Assembly (NCBI GenBank): GCA_951406725.2
Contig: OX597818.1
Location: forward strand, 102,548,001 to 102,612,000
Length of the DNA: 64,000 nt
Reading direction: 5' to 3'
Source: Octopus vulgaris
Lineage: Eukaryota
The translations under genes were made by a program, and so were the position numbers. This document shows positions 40,640 through 55,182 of the stretch, piece by piece (position 1 is the first letter of the stretch; the number at the start of each line of letters is the position of its first letter). Below the pieces are notes generated by a model. It searched no databases. It was given only the letters and a program-made list of their open reading frames with translations, and had not been told where the DNA came from.

Positions 40640-41290
40640 TCAATGGAATGGCTGCAGCAATAGTTTTCATAGCTGCATCAATATGAGTTCGGAAGTGTTA
40701 GTATGCCCAAATCAGTGGATTTTTATCAATTTTTGACGTTGTGCTGGTTATGGTGGACTTGTGATAAGAGTGTTGAGCGTTGATTGACCTCTCTCTAGCC
40801 TAATCCCCATATGTAATACTCCAGTGTATTAAATCCTTGTGAGTTAGGAGGCCATGTATGTGGGAGAATGTGATCATAGGAATGGCACACATGCACGCGT
40901 CGATTGTCCTAGCCTTATGAGACGGTGTACAGTCTTGTTGGAAGATGTATGGTTTTCTGCTGCGTACACTTTCTATCCAGGGCCTCACGACTATCTCCAA
41001 CACAACTGTATTGACAGCAACATTGACTCCTAAGCTTTGTGACAAAACAAAAGAAAACCGAGGTGGCATGATATCTCCTTCCTTACTGAACACACCCAGA
41101 ACCAACAGACTTGCTGTGAACTTCGTATGCATGACCGTTTCTCGTATGCATTCCTTTCTCTGCGTAATCATCTGTTTTTCTTTCGGTTACTGTTTCGGTT
41201 ATGAACGAAATTTTTCTTATAGGAGAAAACCAAAATTATCCCAATCTCTTGGTGCTTTAATTTCCTCAGCAAGCATTTAGCACAGTTCAA
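40640..41290 (-). mobile_element. Decayed maT/DD37D-like transposase
   Basis: HTKFTASLLVLGVFSKEGDIMPP..LEIVVRPWIESV..PYIFQQDCTPSHKA. Confidence 0.8.
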
Positions 41291-41759
41291 ACAATTATCT
41301 ATTGTCACATCCAACATAAACTACCCTCTCCGCATCACATGCGACTGTACCAGAAATTCTCATGTACAACTCTTCTTATGGTGCATTCTGCAACCTTAAA
41401 TTCTATTGACTATTGGATTTTATTGATTGATTGTCAGAATCTTTGTACGATTTTATGTGTTCCGATAGTATTACAGCCTTTTACTTGCATTTAGCAACCG
41501 TGCTGTCCCCATGTCAGCGGTATGGAAACAAGGGATCATGAACTTTTCTAGAAGTCTGCTATCTCTGTATGACTATGCTGCACTTTTTAAGAAGATGATC
41601 ATTTCGCGAGTAAGCCCGTTATCTTTCATTATATATCTAAAAATTAAGGTATGAATAATAAGTTAGAGGAAAGTGAGATATCTTGAAAGGATTGTCCTGA
41701 AAAACTCACGTACACACTATGTTTTACAGGAGAATCACACTATATGTGGGTGTGTATAC

Positions 41760-41995
<236 letters not shown>

Positions 41996-42226
41996 AGCTG
42001 AATGGTGAATCGGGATAAGTAATCCAGTTGTGTTGTTTCCCTCATGAACTACTTTTTGGCTTTTGTGCCATGCAGATGTGTTGGATAGACTTTCATGGAA
42101 CGTACCGACAGTATATAGAGACAGACCAATAGTTGTTGACATGGTAATGGCATCATCCAGATTGGTTTAATAGAGGATCACGAAAGAATTGTAAACTAAG
42201 AAATTAGTTATCTATCTCCATTCTCG

Positions 42227-42257
<31 letters not shown>

Positions 42258-43119
42258 TAGAGAAAAGAAATGCCGAAATGATTACATATGAGTAGAAGAA
42301 ATATCATGTAATAATACATGTCACCCAGCCTCTTACATGCAGAAGCATTGGCAATTAGTTAATTGACTAGCATCGACTCAAATTAAGATATGAATAAGAT
42401 GCAAATTGATATTAATTTCATAAGTTCCTAGTTGTATGTGTAACATGATATTTGAATATTTTTGGTATGCTGGCAGGAAGAATTAGCATGCGATATTTTC
42501 AAAGAAAGAGCTAAATGTTCATGTACTGAGTTTTGTGTAAGATGGTGGGAAAATTCACTTGTGAAAGAATTATTAGGATTACTAATAAACTTGTTTATAC
42601 ACTATGGAATCATATAGTCCTTCTCAGTACCACGGAGTTTCTACATTGCCTTTTTTGGTATCGCAGGTTTTTAAGCGTTGTGTACAGACATACACGCATG
42701 TAGGTACGCGAACGTACCCTCACACTCGTACACATACATACACGCTCATACACATGATATAAATACCTATAAATAATATCGTGAAATATCGGGTCGAGGA
42801 ATCCTTTTCGATAGAAAAAGCCGGCGGCTCCGTCTATGAGACTTTCTTGACAAAAGGAGTTCGACGAACCCAATATTTACAACTTAATATAGTATCTATG
42901 TTCTTCGAGATTCAGTGCCAAAAAAATGGACATATTTGATCAACTCATCTTTATATATCCTTATGACATCAGCTATATACATGTACTTATTAATGTATGT
43001 GTGTGTGAGTGTGTTTGCAGAGAAAGAGAGAGAGAGAGATAGCGAAAAAGAGAGAGATAGCTGTGAGCATGCGCACTAGATGCTATCTATACAGGTATAT
43101 ATGTGTGTTTGAGTATATA

Positions 43120-43342
43120 CTCTTTTACTATTTTATTTCTTTCAGTCATTTCACTGCAGCCATGCTGGAGCGCCACCTTTAGTCGAGCAAATCGATCCTA
43201 GGATCTATTATTTTGTAAGCTTAATATTTATTGTATCGGTCGCTTTTGAACTAACTGCTAAGTTCCTCGAACGTAAACACACTAGCATGGATTGTCAAGC
43301 GATGGTGGAGGAACAATCACAGGCATACAAGCATACACACAC

Positions 43343-43425
<83 letters not shown>

Positions 43426-43516
43426 CGACGGGCTTCTTTCAGTTTCCGTCTACCAAATCCACTTACAAGGCTTTGTTCTGCTCGAGGCTATAGTAGAAGA
43501 CACTTGGCCAAGGTGC
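43120..43516 (-). mobile_element. SINE family A, head missing
   Basis: Reverse-complement match ending at caaggtgc, just before the 43522 element. Confidence 0.85.
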
Positions 43517-43521
43517 ATACA

Positions 43522-43929
43522 TACAGTAGCATCCACCCTTAGGGGTTAGCCATATTCAAATGGCAAATATGCGTCACGATGTGTTACCGCTACTGTTTAT
43601 AACCCGCTCTGAGATTTATCAATGTTTGATTTCACTTTTTCAATATCAGTGTCAATCGACACTGGAAAAAGTATATGTATTTGTGAAGGAAACTGAATTC
43701 TCGTCGACAACTATGATTGTCACACGCTGATGATAAGTAAACACCTTGAAACTCGAGTCCGTGTGTATCATAAGTTGAAGACGGGAAGGATGACTTCCCT
43801 TCACAAATACTGATAGGGCACAGATAGTGTGTCTATAGCCAGCTGGAGGAGGTATCTTCCTGGGGCTACAAACTACAGTAGCATCCACCCTTAGGGGTTA
43901 GCCATATTCAAATGGCAAATATGCGTCAC
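43522..43929 (+). mobile_element. Retrozyme-like / Penelope pLTR-like element: 352-bp unit with 56-bp terminal direct repeat
   Basis: 43522-43577 identical to 43874-43929; central hammerhead; several hairpins; followed by (TA)n. Confidence 0.75.
43698..43787 (+). ncRNA. Type I hammerhead ribozyme, intact core
   Basis: cacacg-CTGATGA-taagtaaacacctt-GAAACTCGAGTC-cgtgtg; stem I extends (caactatgat/atcataagttg, ttctcgtc/gacgggaa); GUC site after 43759; stem II weak. Confidence 0.8.
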
Positions 43930-43947
43930 TATATATATATATATAGA

Positions 43948-44160
43948 TATAAATTTAATCCAAACATGAAAACACAAAGAGAAAACACAACAACGCGAGG
44001 ACGTGGAACAAATATAGTATTATTGGACGCTCAGGAAGGAAGGGAAGAAGGAGGGTTCAAGGTTTCGAGCGGAGCTCTTTGTCAGAAACATAGTTAAAGG
44101 AAAGATCCAGAGAAGGGAAAATGGAGGAAAAAAATCGCCAACGGTACACACGCGGTCACA
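43948..44160 (-). mobile_element. TA-flanked Penelope-type terminal fragment with degenerate minimal hammerhead (44062-44085)
   Basis: Minus strand CTGACAAa-gagc-tcc-gctc-GAAAC; G8 and stem III altered. Confidence 0.6.
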
Positions 44161-44832
44161 ATATATATATATATTCATTCGTCTTTTGTCAAAAGGAGCC
44201 AAATCCTCAAATGTTGAAAGGAGTATATTTCTCATAAATTATTACTGAGAACAGTGAGTTTGAAAACAATGTAGCACAGCCATTACATGTGTATCATATA
44301 TTTGTTCAAACTGCCTAATCTAAAGATAAACAATGACAATGATGACAGCAATACTTCGAAGAAAACATTGGCTTTTACAACATTTATTCACTTTCATTGA
44401 TACAATCATATTTGAGCAAACAGATGTTTACTTCTAAATGGAAGCCAGAATAAAGTGTTTCGCACTGGTTTTAATGACCTGTCATCATGTTATTTAATTA
44501 CCAGAACACCCGACTGATTGTGGTTGAATAATTGTCAGACTCATGTAAACCTTATTCAAACAGTGATAAGCTGTGTGACAAACATGGTCATTTGCTTTAA
44601 ATTGGCTATTTCTTTCGACAGTTGTCTACACCGTTTTGACAAATCCTATTTTAATTCTGGGGCTCTGGTAAAAGCAGCAATCCCCAGGTTTTCGCCGTCA
44701 GATGAAACGCGAAACTTTTGTATCGCTAAGAGAATTTCCTGATTTCCTCTGCATTCGGGCATAACTATTCCGATTTAGCTGAAAATCACGTATACATATA
44801 ACCACTTACAGATATATAAATGAGTGTTTGTG

Positions 44833-44867
<35 letters not shown>

Positions 44868-45309
44868 CGCTTCGAACATTCAATGTATCTAGAAAAGACC
44901 ACCATTTAATAACGTTGCATAAGACGATTTATTTGGGAATTGCATACGTGCTACACTATTGTAAGAGATAAATGTAATTAACATAAAACGATAATACAAA
45001 AAACCAAATCAGGTAGTATAAAACATACCGAAACAATGTATCGCAACTATGCAAGAGAAAAGTTAATAGTAAATAACAAACAAAACGAGAAAAAATACAT
45101 CAGTCATCTTGGAAACAATATGCTTAGATCTTACATAATAAAAGATTTGATGCTATTATCTAAAGAGTTAAAAAGAAACAAAAAACCTTTTAAAAATCTT
45201 ATTATCTTTGCACACTCAAAAAAGAAAAAAAATAATTCAACATACACAAATATATAAGTAGCTAGAAAAAAGAAAAAGAGAGAAAATTAACTGCAGAAAT
45301 GATAACAAT

Positions 45310-45442
45310 GAAGTTAATGATTGTTGTATAGTGACTAACAAAACATCAACAACAACAAGAACAACACCCACGACGAAGACGACGATAACGTCAACGACGA
45401 CGGAGACGATGATAACGCCGATGATGATGATGAAGAGGAGGA
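45310..45442. repeat. Degenerate (AAC)/(GAC)/(GAT) trinucleotide tract
   Basis: Direct reading. Confidence 0.7.
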
Positions 45443-46468
45443 CACTACTATAGGCGCAAGGTTTGAAACTTCTTTTGAAGGGAGGGGCTAACCGATGAGT
45501 TCATCGATCCCAGTCACCTTGTACATCCGTGCAATAGGCGAACCGTGTACACTAAGCAACAGAAATTTTATCAAACTCTCGGGCGAGGCGAAATGGACAA
45601 ACGCATGAACATTAAATACGTAAAAATTATATTAAGATATAAAGTGAATATGCCCTTATAAAGGAGTATATGCCAAATCCAGATATTTAAAAGTGCGGTA
45701 AAGAAAGTTTTGAGTAGTTCTCCTACATATAAGCGAAAAATAGCAAGTTAGGATATATTATATTATCGCCCATCTCTTCCAATCTTGAAGAGCCAGTTGA
45801 TGCCCGCAAACGTATATGGCTTCGTAGAATGTGACGTATTTTTGCTAATGTTTTAAGCAGTCACGTGCCGAGAGATATGCCATGTGTTGGTTATTCCAAG
45901 AGCGGCGTGACCCCTTCTCCTAGGAGATTAAGTAAGCTTCTTTTCAGTTTGAGAAGGACATTCCTTGTCTTTATAAAAGAAAAGCTTCCCTTAAGATAAG
46001 ATAGTCGTCAAAATGCACATGGGAATCCTTTCTGTAGGTGAAGCTCTTTTACTTTGTCTTTTTTGTTTTGTTTTTGTTTTTGTTTTTGTAGGAGGAGGAG
46101 GAATTGACATTTTTCGAAATTTTGTCCGAAAGAGGTTTGTAATGAACGATCAGTATCCATCAGAGCCCATCTACGCAAGAACATCAGGGAAAGCAATAGT
46201 GAGGGGTGAATTAATAATTTTTCGTTTTCTCTCGGATTTCGCTATTCCTGACCCTTTCATCGAGATTTCCATTCCAATATCTCCATATAGTCACTGCTGG
46301 TTTTAACTAATGGAATACATATCTTGGCTTCTTGCTCATATTCCCAAACTAATGACGTAGCGCCCTTCTCCGATGTTTCTGAAATAGAACATTTAACGCT
46401 CGAGAATATTTTTTTTATAATAAATCATTTCTAACAGAATTTCCCGAGTTGTAGTGATCTCAAAGTTA

Positions 46469-46524
46469 TGTCACCAAAAGTTTTGCAAATGTTGTCACCA
46501 AAAGTTTTGCAAATGTTGTCACCA
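46469..46524. repeat. 24-bp tandem duplication
   Basis: tgtcaccaaaagttttgcaaatgt x2 plus partial. Confidence 0.9.
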
Positions 46525-46977
46525 GCCCATATTGCGACGGATGTGATTCCCCTCATCGTCGATGACCCTTGTAAGGGATGTTTTCCCTGCGCCCCAATCA
46601 TTGTAGCTAGTTTATAACAAGTCAAGATTTTCAATTGAACTTGCGCTATTTCAGAGTTTGGAAATTTTTGCTCCACATATCATCAAGAGAAGTAAATATA
46701 TTCTGCTTTCAAAACACAAAAAGGCCCCTATTATTTAAGCGTGGCACATTATGCGAAACTTTTATTTATTTATTTATTTATCTTAATTTTTTTATTTTAC
46801 ACAGGCTTAAATAGGCACCTGGTTCCGTGAAACTATAGTCAAGCATTATTGCTCCCTTGTAAATGTTCCATATTATGCAACATTTTGTTGAAAATTTCGT
46901 TGGTCAATACCAGATTCCAACCTGAGTTCATAATAGTAACATTTGACGATGTGTGCAGATTCCAGTACGGATGTTGT

Positions 46978-47476
46978 CTTCTTCTTCTTCTTCTTCTTCC
47001 AATCAGGACTCACGTCATTAGCCACAACGAATAGTCTCTAATTCGAGCCTACTCTAAGCTACTAAGAATGCGTGTGGCAACTTGAAGATCCGCCCACCAC
47101 ACGCGATAGACTGGCGGTTGCATGGACGCGAAAGCTACGTTGTCATCCTCATTCCGTAAACAGTGGCTTTTAACGGGTGGAGAGCTGAACCATCCTGGAG
47201 CACAGAGGATTCGCAATCTAGACTAGGGTCTGAAAGTTTACCACACCACAGCGGGTTACACCATGGTTCCACTGCTTTGTGGAAGAAGTAGGAAGAAAGA
47301 GTGAGAGAAATTTGTGGTGAAAGAGTACAGCGGGGTTCACCACTACCCCTCACCGGAGCCTCGTGGAGCTTAGGTGTTTTTGCTCAATAAACACTCACAA
47401 TGCCCGGTCTCAGAATCGAAACCGCGTTCTTACGACTGCAAGTTCGCCGAACTAACCACTGGGTCATTGCGCCTCC
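46978..47476 (-). mobile_element. SINE family B (tail type 2, long 3' region, (GAA)n end)
   Basis: Head and body 47290-47476 match 57030-57217; different ~310-bp tail. Confidence 0.85.
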
Positions 47477-48369
47477 ACTTGCGGCTGTTGCTGCCGTTAC
47501 TGTTTTATGCAGAGTTTGTTTTGTTTGTTTGTATGTTTTTTTTCTCTGCTAGAATATCATTAATATCTATTTATTCTTGGGACACCACGCGGATAAACGT
47601 TATCATAGTTGTACATATTAGAATGTTCTGGAAAAATGATTTTCTGTGTTAGAATATTCAGTTTCTACTTTTTGTCTGTTTCCGATATCTGCGATATCTA
47701 AGATGTATTTTTCTATTTCTTTGTAAGCTGTGAAAGTTTGTTCATTTATTTTCTTTCAAACTATTTTAGACTTGTCACACCTAACTATCTTTACAAGACA
47801 GAGAAAAAAAAGATCAATGTAAAATAACGCCGAAACACTAGAAAATGACACATTAGGTGAGAGACTCTCCACGACTGGCTAATCCTTTGGATGTGATATA
47901 ATCCTACATTTGAAGAATGTATTGCGGTCTTAAATTAAGTAAAAAGTCAAATATTCAGAGTAAACAAATACATATCTTGTTAGATCGAGTAGCGTCAGTA
48001 TCGACAGTACCGGTATCAGCAAAAATTTAAGAAAAAAACAATAAAAATACAGCCACCCAACAATAAAATTACCACAACAGAAGCAAATACAAACATAACT
48101 GTTTTAGTTGACACGCCGTATTAAAGAGTATTTGTGACTGAGATGAGAAGATTTCCCGCCTCTATTTTCGCTGGCGTTGTTGTTGATGAACTTAATTCCT
48201 TATTCCGAAATTGTGTCTGCTACCTCAATCTGAATTTCATTTTTATTTTATCGTTCTAGAATTTCTACGCAGAGATCCTTTAAAAAGGTTTTGCTTCTAC
48301 ATTCGTAACACTTAATTTTTCTGCTCCGGATGCTTTCGTTTTAAGGTTTTCTTTACAGCCTCCAGAAAA

Positions 48370-49150
48370 CGACCCCCTGGCATTTTGGTGCCAGAGTATA
48401 GGACAAACAAGCCCATGGTGTTCTCTCCTGATCACATAACAGCTCTAGGTATCATCTTTTTGTTCTCTTTGCATTACTTATTGCATGTAATATCAGAAGG
48501 TTTGGTAGTGAGAACTTTGGACAGAATTTGTGAAAAAAGGCCCACCACCTGTGATAAATTCTCGGATAAAACTTTAAAATATCGGGATAAGTTTTATCAA
48601 TATTTAATTCAGTTAGACCCTTCTAATCATTTCATGGAGTTGTCCCATGCGTTATGTTGGTCATCCTAATGCTGGTGAACACCGTAATTTCAGTCGGATT
48701 CCTCCCTCTTTAAATGTGATCGTTTTCATAAAACTCGGATCATACCTTGCCAGAGGATTTCAAATCTTCAAGAGCGGCAATCTCTTTTTCACAAGAGATG
48801 TATGGCTTCTCACTACTTATTTAATCCTCTTCTAGGGAACTACATTCCTCCACGCACATTTAAATACCTTTGTTATTCTATCACGTTTGATCCCAATCTA
48901 AATAGAGCGGTAATGCCTTGTTGGGATGTACCTTGTTTGTTTAAATGCGGATGATGCTGCTGATTATCTATTTGTCTTCAGCAATTGGAATTGAGAGTAT
49001 GCGTCCTTCTGTTTTAGCTTCTGGATAGTTGGACTTGGCAATATTTGTTTTAATGGTGCCAACCATATATTCAATGCCGCCTAGGAAGGATCATCTCCCA
49101 TGATTTGTTGTCTAGTGGCTTGTTTTGTCTTCTTAAAATTCTTCTAAAAT
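48370..49150 (-). mobile_element. Possible ancient LINE RT remnant
   Basis: Minus-strand traces EIAALEDLKSSGK..SEF..GG and CKENK follow LINE RT order; heavily decayed. Confidence 0.3.
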
Positions 49151-49799
49151 GAAATCGCCAAATGAGTTTTTATTGCCACATAAGTAGCAGCAGGTTTGTC
49201 TTCCTCAAACGTTCAAAAGGACACATCTGCTGTATTCTTTTGGTGCCAAACGGGTTCGTGAATATATGAATGTGTATGGAAGCTACAACTAAACACAAAT
49301 ACCTAAAAGTTATTTCTTTCAACGGCTTGCCTATATTTTGCAAGACAAGTACTTATTTACGAGGCAGCGATGTCCTCAATGAGCAAATCTTTGCATCTCG
49401 TTACAATTTATTGTGGCTGTGATTTGTCAAGCCTATATTGTTTAATTGTGGATTGTGTTTTAGCCATTTCCTGTTTCAAAACTGGCACAATTGGTGTCCA
49501 TAAAGAAAATTTTCCAAACAGAGGTTTAAAGCGGGAATGAGGAAAGTTACCCAACACGTCACTTTAGCAAAGCAGCTGTGAGTGGTCCATCTCTTCTACA
49601 GTGTCTTTCTATTTGATTGTGGTAGACTGGCGCTAGTATTTTACTAAAAACACAAAAACTACGATGGTTAATTATTTCAGCCCAAAGCAAGTCTTGTAAA
49701 ATATGCCGGATTGTAACCAATTTTAAACAGTTGACTTAGTGTTTAACATTTCATTTCTTGAAAACAAAAACCTTGCTTGCTAAAAAGTCTCATCTCCCT

Positions 49800-50550
49800 C
49801 TTTATTTTTCAGGTAAATAGCAAACTGATTCGACAATAGAAAGTCACGGAACAACAGAATCGTTCCGCCATTGTTTTGGCGCGCACCGCGCACACCGCCA
49901 ATAAAATTGTTAAGTTGACGAAAATTCCAAAAGCAAAGGTTCAACGTCTCTATAAACAATTGTATAAGCAAGAAGAGAGAAAGATTTATAGAAAAGAACA
50001 GAAGACTCAAAGTGATTCCAATGTTCATCACTGGTCTCAAACACTCAGCTAAAGTCAACCCATCCATATCCATGATAATTCTTGGAAAGACGTAATGTGT
50101 CCCTTTCCACAGAGTCTAAAGCTGTGAACAGGAATTATGGCATGACCAGCTATATTCGACGACGACGCCACTTCCTAACAGCCAAGGCCAAAACATTAAG
50201 AGACCAGAGATACCCAAAGCTTCTCTCATTCATCAAGCATCAAGGTACAGGAAAACCTGTCGTATTTGTGGACGAGAAATTCACTGTGGATGCTGATGTG
50301 AATCGCAGAAATTCTTGTGTGATTGCGTACAAACCTTCTGACTTACTCACCTGTGTTTGAAACTAATACGTTTGCCTCTGTCGTGCTATTTGAGAGTATT
50401 AGCGACTGAAGAAAGTGTAATGGACCCACACTTCCTTGAGTCTGGCTTGAAGATCAGCACACAGAAGTATCTGGACATCCTGAAGAAATTTCTGTTACCT
50501 TGGATGGAGTAGAAGTTGGGCTTAACAGCTGTGGTGTTTATCCAGGGCAT
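49800..50550 (+). mobile_element. Decayed maT/DD37D-like transposase
   Basis: SYIRRRRHFLTAKAK..VVFVDEKFTVDADVNRRNS; VMDPHFLESGLKISTQKYLDILKKFLLPWME. Confidence 0.8.
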
Positions 50551-51181
50551 ATAGCAACAAGCAAGACGCCGCTAGAAATCTCTAGTGAGACATATTTATC
50601 AATGTTTCTGAAGAATCCCATAATGAAGTTTGGGAAATAAATGTTTGACCTAATAACAATCTAATTAGAAATCCATCTCCTATTAAAGAATACTATTACC
50701 CTAACTGCAACTGTGGAGTTCCAAAAGTAGATCCAATAGAAGTGTAACACAACTGCGGGTGACAACAAGTAGCCTAAACTGTGATAGTGCTCCACTTAAT
50801 ATTCAAACACACTAATCGACTTACACATATTTGTCCAAATTATTCATTATTATATATATATATACGTTCCGGTGATATGTATAATTTTTCGTAATTCTGT
50901 GCATAGATGTGCATTCATGTGCACTTGACCAGATTGGAGCAATCTTGAGTATAATCAGCCGAAATTGCAAAGATACTCTGGAACTGGACTGACGATAAAA
51001 AAATCAGAAGATCCGTCCTTGTGTTTCTTGTATCGTCTGTCTGGACATTTTGCTGTCCCTTTTTTGTTTCACCTGTCTGGATATTATGCGTTCTTGTCCC
51101 ATTTTTGTATAAATATATATATATGTTTTGGTATGTATATATAAGTATGTATATAAACATATGCATATACATGTATATATG

Positions 51182-51253
<72 letters not shown>

Positions 51254-51269
51254 TATACATATATGTGCA

Positions 51270-51969
51270 TAAACACGGGGGATCAATCAACAACATAGAA
51301 ATTAAAATATTGTCCACACATAGAACAGATGCCACAATCAGACAACTTACAGAAGCTACACACATAATAGAAAATAAACCTAGCCTGAATAGGAAACTAG
51401 AATGGAACACTAGCACACACCACAACATATGAAGGTAGAGGATCCCGAAAACATAATAAATACACAAATAAATAAACAAATAGAAATAAATAACTATATA
51501 AGTTGTTTTTTTTTTCATTTATTATTATTATTACTAGTATTGTTGTTATACATACAAGCATATGTAATGATAATAATAAGTGGATGTAAACACATGAACA
51601 AAATAAGAATAAACAAAAACAACAACATAAATAAATTACATGAACGTATATAAACAGAAGATACATATATTACAGGCATCCCCCCACACAAACACTTAAT
51701 AAACATAGACGCACAGAGATATAAGCATGCGCAAATGAAGACATACAATAGAAATACAAAATGGCTGACGGTTAGTAAGGAGAGACACAAATAAGAAAGA
51801 AGAAAACAAAGGACCACTGATGCGGTCACAGGAGTGTGACGAAAGAACTCTGGCCGAAATAAGATTAAGATTAATGTAAAAAATAAATAACACTGAAGCA
51901 AAGTAACACCAAATATATAGTGCGTGTGTTTTTATTGGCTAAACTGGCAAAATGACCATTCCGAAATGT

Positions 51970-51975
<6 letters not shown>
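51270..51975 (+). mobile_element. Penelope-like element 3' end: GIY-YIG C-terminus plus pLTR, TA-flanked
   Basis: [44 protein letters not shown] (R..E..I...P.LN motif) ending 51432; hammerhead downstream. Confidence 0.8.
51812..51855 (+). ncRNA. Minimal type I hammerhead with one core change
   Basis: cca-CTGATGC-g-gtcac..gtgac-GAAAGAACTC-tgg; A9 replaced by C. Confidence 0.65.
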
Positions 51976-52027
<52 letters not shown>

Positions 52028-53151
52028 TCACACACACATATGCCCATATATTCATATTAATCCTTTCATTTCATCTACCTGTATATACGTTATTGCACGT
52101 GTGCATATCTGTCAGTCACGCTGTGTATCTGGATAGGTATATTTCTGTCAGCTGATAAATCTTTCGAACCACATTTTATTCCGGTGTCCGATAAAGGTAT
52201 CTACGTTTACACTTGTAATAACTTGGCTTCTTACTCTCAACAGCGTTGAAAGAAGAGAGTCAACAAATATAGTGCAGTTGATTTAACCGTTCTGATTGAC
52301 CATTGCAAATATTAAACACAGTCGTTGAGCTTCGTCATTGAAAACCAAAACAAAGAAAACAGAATATATCATGTGGTGAGAGCAAGTACAATGAGGATTT
52401 TGCTTGTCAGTCCACAATTTCTCCAAACATCTTTTAAAATATAGGGTATCTATAAATTACCTTTACGATTTGAATTGAGACCGTTCAGAAATTGTAAAGA
52501 TATTTTATGGACAGCGTGAGTATTAGTACGATGGCGTATGAAAATAAAAGTAGAACGGATAGGCAATGTGATTCGTATTGCTTATTTGCATATCCTTACG
52601 TCATGTGTTCAATTTCTTGGAAAGATCACATTTTCATCTATGCCCTTAACTGTAAAAGCGCATAGCGTTGTCTTTTGCGTTAATGTCACAGAACACCTTG
52701 TGCAAGAATGCGGATCAACAGTTCAAGTTCCGTTGAATTCAATTTAAGATTACACCATCATGCAATGGTCGATAAAATTAGCACTGTGGCTATCGGGCAT
52801 ATTATTTTATCGATGAGAATTTTTTTTTTTTAATACGTTGTTCTATCGATATCGAAGATTATTAATCGTCATTCTGGTGTTATTAGCCTCTTGTGAACTG
52901 CAATCAAACGAACGCAACTCGCAGCCATGCAGTGTAAATGTTTCCAGATATACATCATATATCCAACGATAGCACCAATGGTATACACTACAACAATATT
53001 TTTAAAGATGTTAGGGCGGATTTAACTACTGTTTCACGCACGTACGCTGATCATGCAGAGGTGTTCTCATTGACTTTTGTTGCTGTTTCTGATTATATCT
53101 CTCCTGGTTTTGCTGAATGTCATAGCGATTAATATTACAAGATAAAATATA

Positions 53152-53541
53152 CTAGCAGTATTGCCCGGCGTTGCTCGGGTTTGTTTCGACCCTTTAGAAT
53201 TGGAATTTTTGAAACGTAAGCTATTGCATTATGTAGCTTGTTATTCTCTTTAAGTGAACATTTTTCTGGCTGAAATACACCGAAAAATGGCGACGCAGCA
53301 GTCAAAAAATCGTTAAAAAATAGGGATTTTCATAGAAAAAAAGCACCTTTGTGATGTAAATAATTTTTGGTCTTAACATGGTTCAATTTGGATTTTGTCT
53401 TCTACGAAAGGAAGACCAAGCCTTCTTCTATCATACCCTCAATTTTGGTCAACTTGTGCCGCAGGGTCTCGGAGGAGATAGTGTTAGTTGAAGTTTACAA
53501 AACCTGCCACACGCAGACAACTTCAGCTTTATATATATAGA
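53152..53541 (-). mobile_element. Non-autonomous Helitron
   Basis: Minus strand A|TCtatatatataaagc...cccgagcaacgccggg hairpin...CTAG|T. Confidence 0.85.
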
Positions 53542-53794
53542 TAGTGCAAGTCAATAAAGTGCTCAGGTGAAAGTCTACGGTAAAGTATGAATATCATCAC
53601 ATCTCATTCCCATTAATCCTACGAATATATGAACTTTTGGTCTCTGAAAGAAATCAATATTTACTGCGAGAGAATATTTTATATTTGAGAACGTTTAATG
53701 TCAGTCTAGAAAGTTGTTTAATGACTATATTAGCAGATTAAATGACAGGGGCGATAGTGGACGTCTCGAATCACCGTCATCACTTTCTCACGTC

Positions 53795-54180
<386 letters not shown>

Positions 54181-54374
54181 AGACTCTCCTTTCATTCACT
54201 TTGATCTATTGATCATTTATTTTCAATAGAATGCTGTATTGATGGAAATAGCTCTATCAACGACGTCAAAATTCTAATTCCATGATTAAATACCATTCAA
54301 AGCAAATGTGTCTATAAATTGCGGTGATAACCAAAAGTTTGTTAATTTTATTAGATATTATTAGTATTAGTGTT

Positions 54375-54393
54375 TTCATTATTATTAATATTA

Positions 54394-54457
<64 letters not shown>

Positions 54458-54565
54458 CAACATCACCATCATCATTATTCACAACGTCATCACCGTCGCC
54501 ATCTTCGCCGACGTCATTATCAACATCAATATCCTCACCGACATCATCATCATCGTCATCATTAT
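54375..54565. repeat. (ATT)n grading into (CAT)n
   Basis: Direct reading. Confidence 0.9.
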
Positions 54566-54870
54566 CAGCTGCGCTTGTAGTAGTACGATTACTATTGATG
54601 TTAGTATTAAAATAGCGGTGGAATACGTTGGAAGCATTATTTATATAGTCTCACTGAATTTAGAAGTTTCCAGACCTCTAAATATTTGAAAACTGCTCTT
54701 TTAGCCAAATTTACAAGCGTTTATCTGTGATATTTCACTTATTGATAACAGCCGCGTTCAGCAAGCACATAAAATAAATTCATGCAAATAAGGCCTGCAT
54801 TCACACACTGGTCAATTTATTGAAGATAAATAGCATTAATTCCATGGTTCCTGTACTCTTAAGTACTTCA

Positions 54871-54891
54871 ATATTATTATTATTATTATCC

Positions 54892-54952
<61 letters not shown>

Positions 54953-54985
54953 TATTATTATTGCTATTATTATTATTATTATTAT

Positions 54986-55052
<67 letters not shown>

Positions 55053-55087
55053 GGTGGTGGTGGTGGTGGTGGTGGTGGTGGTGGTAT

Positions 55088-55181
<94 letters not shown>
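54871..55181. repeat. Compound (ATT)n(AGT)n(GGT)n(AGT)n trinucleotide array
   Basis: Direct reading. Confidence 0.95.
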
Positions 55182-55182
<1 letters not shown>

